Assembly (NCBI RefSeq): GCF_036321535.1
Contig: NC_087437.1
Span: 80,540,001-80,604,000 of the forward strand
Source of the DNA: Camelus dromedarius
Lineage: Eukaryota
DNA length: 64,000 nt
Reading direction: 5' to 3'
Shown here: piece after piece, positions 57,695 through 64,000 of the stretch
Numbering within the stretch: position 1 is the first letter of the stretch
Layout of the letters: each line of letters begins with the position of its first letter
Notes under the pieces: generated by a model
Databases searched by the model: none
What the model was told of the DNA's origin: nothing
The model's input: only the letters and a program-made list of their open reading frames with translations
Translations under genes and position numbers: made by a program

Positions 57695-57859
57695 CTCTGC
57701 TTGCTCAGAATCTTCTCGAGTTTGGCATCCTCTGCAGTTTGAAGACCCAGCGCAGAACTGAGAGGACAGATGGTAGCCAGATACTGGACAAGCTGGATGT
57801 GCTGGCCAGGCCGATACGCTCTCCCCTTGCCTTGACTATAGAGCCATTCAGCTTTTAAA
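57695..57859 (-). CDS. CEP97: CEP97 coding exon (165 bp); upstream LRR exons lie beyond the window
   Basis: ttccag|T TTA AAA...CAG AG|gtcag. Translates (S)[54 protein letters not shown]. Confidence 0.95.
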
Positions 57860-58630
57860 CTGGAATCAGAGGACATGAAGAAGGGATGGCATTGGGGCAG
57901 ACAAGATACATTTTTAAGCAATAATGATCTTCCTTCTTAATTTACCTTTTTAGCATCATTGGATGTTTTTCATAAATAAAACTCACTCAAGTCTTTTGAA
58001 AAAATCTATCCTTCTGATTCACTTCCCTTACTCCTACAATGTTTTAAACCTTTTTTTTTTTTGCCTAGGGGCATTTCCAAAGATTTGTAGTAATGGTTCC
58101 AAATATTTAAAAATTATTTTCGAAGAAGCAATGAGTATTCCCTCCATTCACAGTCAAACTTAAGTATGTAAATACATAAATTGTGTTTAAATCCAGGGGG
58201 AGCACGTAAGTGCGGGAATCCGGGAGCCAGCCCAGCCCAGGCCTCCCAAGTCACCTAGCCCAGCTCTGGAGCCCAGCGTTGCGGCCCCTGGTCCTGGAGG
58301 ACAGCCCTGCAGCCAAGACCAAGGACTTCCCTGGGAGAAAAGAATCTAGGATTCTGGCTCTCACCGTGGGACCCAAAGGTCGCCATGGCACGTTGGCCGC
58401 ACAAGATGGCAGCTGGGAATCCCCAGGTGGAAAGAAGAGGTGGATTCAGGACCGGCCATTCTTGGAGCTGCAGCACAAGAGCCAACTGTGCTTCTGCTGA
58501 GACACATGCAAGTCTCACACCCACGTGTGAATCCCATTTTCTCACCCTGGGAGAACATTTCAGAACATTCAAACCACCTACAAGAGGCTGCCTCCCAGTC
58601 CAGCTTTTAGGAAGGAAGACCCCATGCTCA

Positions 58631-58746
58631 GGGGGGAGGGTATAGCTCAGTGGTAGAGAGCATGCTTAGCATGCATGGGGTCCTGGGTTCAATCCCCAGT
58701 ACCTCCATTAAAATAAACAAACAAACAAACCTAATTACCTCCCCCA
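58631..58746 (+). mobile_element. tRNA-derived camelid-type SINE (3' part of a larger composite insertion)
   Basis: GGGGGGAGGGTATAGCTCAGTGGTAGAG...GGTTCAATCCCCAGTACCTCC followed by an A-rich tail. Confidence 0.9.
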
Positions 58747-61649
58747 AAATCCATTAGTTCATAATGACAGTTTAAAAAAAAAAGCTAATTGGTCACAGCT
58801 GAAGGATGCTAGTGAACTACCAACGGATTATTTGGAAAAACCAGCAAATAAAGGGGAAGAATTAAATATTATTAATTCTATCTTTCCTATGTAAACTATA
58901 CCAACGAGTAACCAAACAGTTACTTCACAGAAGTATTCCAGCTAATTAAAAATGAATAATAGAATTAAAATTTCACCATTTTGCAACTCTCAATTAATTA
59001 ATGAGCTTAGGCTTTGATTATTAATAGTTACTCATTGCAAGAGACATCCAGACATTGTGTGCCTCTCAAAAGAACCCACAAAGCAGTCCTTGCTCCCACA
59101 AAAATCTGATCAAACCTCCACCTCCAACTACCAATTTACAGGAAACACCGAAGGAGAGGAGTATGTCAAAGGACACAGGGATACAGCATCCGGGAAAATG
59201 AGCACAGCAGGAAACTCTACAGGACAAACAACCTGATTTCTTCAACAATCAGAAACAGAGAAAAGGAAGCAAAGAAAATAAAAGAGGAACCCACAGAGAG
59301 ATCTGAAAGTGTGATCTTCGACCTCGAGCCAAGTCAAGCCTTCAAAGAACTCCAGCCCCGTGTGTGATCTTGCTACAAGACCCCGAGTGAGAACTACCCA
59401 ATCAGCACAGCCAACCCATGGAGCACACGATAGTAATAAAATTTTAAAGACACTAAAAAAGAAAGCAAAAAAGAAATTTAAGAAATATATCAACCAAGCA
59501 CAATGTATGGCCTTACTTGGATCCTATTTCCAAAAATCCATTTAAAAACTGTATTTATGAGTACTACTGGAGACATAAGCACTTAATTAATATCTAGTGT
59601 TGTTAAAGAATCATTGTTAAATCTTTTGAGATGTGATAATAGGATTGTAGTTCTTTAAAAGCTCTTATCTTTTAGTGATGAAATCGTATGTGATCTGAGA
59701 CTTGCTTTAAAATAATAGAGAAGGGGTAGTGAGTAAAGGTACAGCAGAACAAGGTTGGCCATGAATTGAAAACTGTTGAAGCTGGATCGTAGATTCATGG
59801 CAGGTCATTAAAGTACTGTTTACTTTTGCAATATGTTTCACTTTCTTTTTATTAACATGCCTTTGTGTCAATTTTACCATTCTTAAATCTGCCTCTCAAC
59901 TCGAAGTTGAAGTTGGATCATTTTGGTATACTTTGTTTCTCTGGTTTTATGCCATTAACTCAGCATTGCAAATGGTTTGAAAGTCACTTCCAATACACAA
60001 CCATTTTCTTGGATCTTCATATTAAGGTATCCACATCACACAAAAAACTGTACAGTCCAAAACTGTCAAGCTACCCAAGGTGTATTAAACACTGCAAAGA
60101 AACTGGTCCTTTTGATAGCTGATTAACTCAAGCAGAAAAGTCATGGTGCAATAAATGAGTTTAGAGCTCTGTGATGTGCCAGTGCCACAAGAAAGTTAAA
60201 ACTGTTTTCTATCAATGAGATATGACGGGTGCCAAGCTGATTAACTGAAGTCATGTAATCCCAATCTTAGTCTAACAATAAAAAATTTTATTCTGTTTAA
60301 TAAAAATGTTAGAAGTGTATCTTCCACAGACACATTCCTTGGATTAAATAAAGGCCAGTCAGAATCTTCATGAAATCTACTCTGTTTCCTAAGTTGTCCT
60401 GCCAAGCAAATGCTGTCCCCCAAAACAGGTCCATAGTAGAGGACAATCATCAACTTTAATATTAGCTAGCAAGTAACATTTCCAGGTTATAGGTGACTTG
60501 CAGTTTGTGAGGAAAGAGAAGTGAAAGTAAGAGGACACAGAAGAAGGCTCAGGCTTAAATATCACAGTTTCAGGCGTGAGGAAAACCACAGACCTTGGAG
60601 CACCCGCAACTGGAAGATCCGTTTTTCTGCCTCTGCTTCACATTCATCAATTAACACACCATTACACAAGTTTATTAACCCGTAAAATACTTTCCTAGGT
60701 AAAAAAAAAAAATCTCCCTGCCAATTCAAAGACAAACAAGATTCAAATTCATTCAGTTCTAACATATTAATTTCAAATCATTGGAATTTGACTCTTGAAA
60801 TCAAAGGAACAGTTTACATTATATAACAGAAATAACAACTATTAAGAGAGAGAATTTAAAACTGCTCTTTCACATAAGAAAGAAGGAATATTGGATTAAA
60901 TGATATCTGGTACTTGCTTTTAAATATTCCAACAACAAAAAGTGGGGGATAGATGAAACAAGACTGGCAAAATGTTGATAATTGTTGAAGCTGCCTGGTG
61001 GTATTTAGATGTTCATTATGTTACTTTGCTTCTCTATATATGTTAAACATCCTTTCAAAAAAGGAACATCTCCAAAATTCTGTTCCCTCAGTTGCGATTT
61101 GTAAGCAACAGAGGTGTAGCTTGGTACTAAGTCCTATGAGCAGTAAAACAGAGGGGGAAACAAATTCAGAAAGAATTCCAAACACTGAGATGTTACACAA
61201 AGGTGCCAGTCTTTCCATAGGTGTGCTTCTCTCAGAAAGCACCCAGCCAGAGTACCATGGGGGTGGGCGCCTGTCGCTCAAGGTACTCTTTTGGGTGACA
61301 CACACACACTAGAGATCTGGCTACTTGAAGTCATCAAAGAACCTCGGATACTTTTCATAATGGAGAAAAATTTTAACTTGAATGCTCTTAGCAAAATAAC
61401 AAGCTGGGTAGATCTAAAAACTAGAAATTCCTTCCTGTCCTTCAGGGCAATTCCCAAGGTCAATGAGGAAAATGTTTTGAACGCTGCTCAGGCTATCCAT
61501 CGATTTTTAAGCCAATAGCTCTCCCTTAGAGTAACTCCTCCTGCCAGGACAGAATACTTCCAGAGTTGTTTTAAAACATGGAAACACTGTTTACAGACTG
61601 CAGAGGTGTCTCAGATGTCAACTGCAGAAGCATTTTTCTCAACAACCTA

Positions 61650-62000
61650 GGTTTTTTGGTTTGAATATAACTGTATTTACCCATTCTTCTAATAGCTTGA
61701 TGCTTAGGTTGTTTCTCAAATGTCCCACATAGCTCCCAAATGTTTGGAGCGACTATGAATAAGACTGCTATGAACATGCTTATGCATGTTTTTTGGTAGA
61801 CATAAGCACTTATTTCTCTAGGGTATATACCAGAAGTCAAATTGCTGGTCATAGGGTATTTATGTGCTTAACTTCAGTAGACACTACCAGTTTCCCAAAG
61901 TGGGTGCACCATTTACATTTCTAGAATAGTGTAGGAAAGTTCCAATTGCTCCGCCTACTCATCAACACTTAGTATTGTCTGTCCTTTAAATTTGAGCTTC
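61650..62000 (-). mobile_element. Old LINE-1 fragment
   Basis: Minus-strand peptide GIYPREISAYVYQKTCISMFIAVLF resembles the ORF2 C-terminus. Confidence 0.7.
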
Positions 62001-62082
62001 ACTGGCGGGAACTGATGGATTTGAAGACTCCATAATAATGAGGGAAAAAATTTTTTCTGAATTATCAGGAAGTCAGTATGTA

Positions 62083-62213
62083 GGGGAGGGTATGGCTCAG
62101 TGGTAGAGTGCGTGCTTAGCATGTACAGGGTCCTGGGTTCAATCTCCAGTATCTCCATTAAAAACTAAATATAAATAAACAACTAAACCTAACTGCCTAT
62201 CCTCCTCCAAAAA
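62083..62213 (+). mobile_element. tRNA-derived camelid-type SINE
   Basis: Same consensus. TSD aagtcagtat at 62070-62079 and 62214-62223. Confidence 0.9.
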
Positions 62214-62759
62214 AAGTCAGTATAGTGGTTATCTCTAGGGGAGGAGGAAGTTATCACGAGACTTGGGCAAAGAAGCTCTCTGAAGTGCTGGTTATGTTCT
62301 ATTCTTATTTTCAGTGATGATTATATGGGCATTTTAAAAAAAATTATGTTTAAACTATTTCTGAATTGTGATACTTTGCAAGTTTTTAGAATGTGGGGGG
62401 AAAAGGAATCTGTCTCAGAAAGTGTTGCTATTTTGCTATCCTCTCACCTCCCCCTTCCTCCCACACTTCTTTAGTGTAGGATATCCCCACAGAGAGAGGC
62501 TACCCAAGGAGAAGCCCACTCTTGCCCACCTCCCCAAGCCTCTGAAATTAAATGTTTGCAAAACATTATAGACAAAGTTCAAAGAAAATTCAAATTCACT
62601 CTGAAGTCACTTGGATTAAAACCATTTCCACAGTATAGAAACATAGCCTTTGCATTATTATTTGTCTATTCAACAAATATTTTCTGCTTTTTAACACTTG
62701 CTTTAGTGTCTACGAAACTTTTCAATCCCTAGTCCCTATCCTTAGGTAATAATGACAGT

Positions 62760-62930
62760 TATCGCTTATTAGGCACCTACTGTATGACCAGTTTTATGCT
62801 ATTTCCATTATCCTTAATCCTCACAGCATCCATGAAAGCTAGGAGGTATTATCCACATTTTACAGATGGGAAAACTAAGGCTCAGAGAGGCTAATGGACT
62901 TGCCCAGGCCACACAGCTAATAGGTGGCAG
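62760..62930. mobile_element. MIR SINE
   Basis: Core attttacagatgggaaaactaaggctcagagagg...cttgcccaggccacacagct. Confidence 0.8.
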
Positions 62931-64000
62931 GGAAAGATGAGAAGTTTTCTCTTGTCTCTCCTGATCAGGTCTCATCTCTCTTCCCAGGTCTCTCTTCACA
63001 CCAAACCCTGATCTCAGCCCATCTCACCATGCCACCTCCCACATGTGAAAATGTTGCCAGTCCTACTCCCAAAGAAAAATCCGACAGCTTATTTCTTTCT
63101 CTTAAATGTAGATCCTAGAAGATAATCCAAGTAAACCTGTATTCCAGCCTTAGAATTACCCACAGTTTGAAATAAAATAAAGTTTCTGAGTATACAGCAT
63201 ATGTCCTGCCCCCTAACCACAACCACCAGCACCACACAGCTCACGGTTGCCATTCCTCTCTGCCCCACACCCCAGCAGCAACTAGACGAAACAGCAGAGA
63301 GAAGGAAATCTACCACTTACCCTCCATCAGGAAACCCCTCAAGCAACTACTATCAAATTCTAGAACAAAAGGACAAAAACAGTGAGGAAGAATGTATGCG
63401 TTGAGCCCGCGAATACACATATGTATGCAGTGAAAGGAGGGAGTCAACTGAGGCAGAGTGAAGACAATAAAGTCACCTCAATTCTCATTATCCTAACTCC
63501 ACCCCTTCTTGCCACACCTAACTCCTTCCTTCCCCTAAAGTTCTGATTGTACTGGTCATGTGTCAGCGTCCAGAAGACCCCAAGGGGTCCCAGTTCCAAG
63601 CCGCAGCACCATCAGTGATCTGGAGGTGGGGGGTTCCCACTTCTGCTGCCTCACAGGTAGAAGGTTAGGACCAATCAGCATGTCTGCTACCAGCTCCAAA
63701 CTGGAACTCTGCATGCATTTTCCCAGGGTCACTGTTATAAAAAGTAGTTGGGTTCTAAGGTGTTATTAATCCTGCCTTTACAATATGATGGATACAAGCT
63801 TTTGTGGGGTTGATCTGAAACCCTATACAGTATCTATAACAAAGTTTCTAGGTAGAAGTGCTCCAAGCCCCAAACAACCGATTAACAAAAGAGTTTTTAG
63901 AAATAAAATTGTTGTATATTGGGTAGTAAGTTAAACTCACTAGACCCAACCTCTAAGGCTGACATTTATTTCTTATCCTTTTTCAGAAAGGATAGAAAAT

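Overview
Mammalian genomic DNA, very likely a camelid (Vicugna/Camelus), judged from four copies of a short tRNA-derived SINE (GGGGAGGGTATAGCTCAGTGGTAGAG...) resembling the camelid Vic-1 type. Two genes lie in tandem on the minus strand. CEP97 is represented by its 3' half: five coding exons at 57859 to 49515, including the IQ-motif exon, then a ~4.3 kb 3'UTR. NXPE3 is almost complete: CpG-island promoter and first exon at ~33.3-34.2 kb, ATG at 28793, and coding exons down to the window edge, where the last exon is truncated. All coding exons have GT-AG boundaries and join in phase. The rest is intronic or intergenic and rich in L1, LTR (MaLR/ERV), Tigger, MIR and L2 remnants, plus a truncated U2 snRNA pseudogene. 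I see no evidence of a wholly new gene system. The most unusual structures are retrotransposition products: a SINE carrying ~435 bp of GC-rich 5' sequence inside one target-site duplication (TSD), an L1 with a 3' transduction, an ORF2-less L1 with TSDs, a young L1 with a perfect 17-bp TSD, and triple-nested LTRs. Also notable are a strong-Kozak upstream ORF overlapping the NXPE3 start and a candidate CTCF site. Gene and repeat names come from recognition by eye, not database searches.
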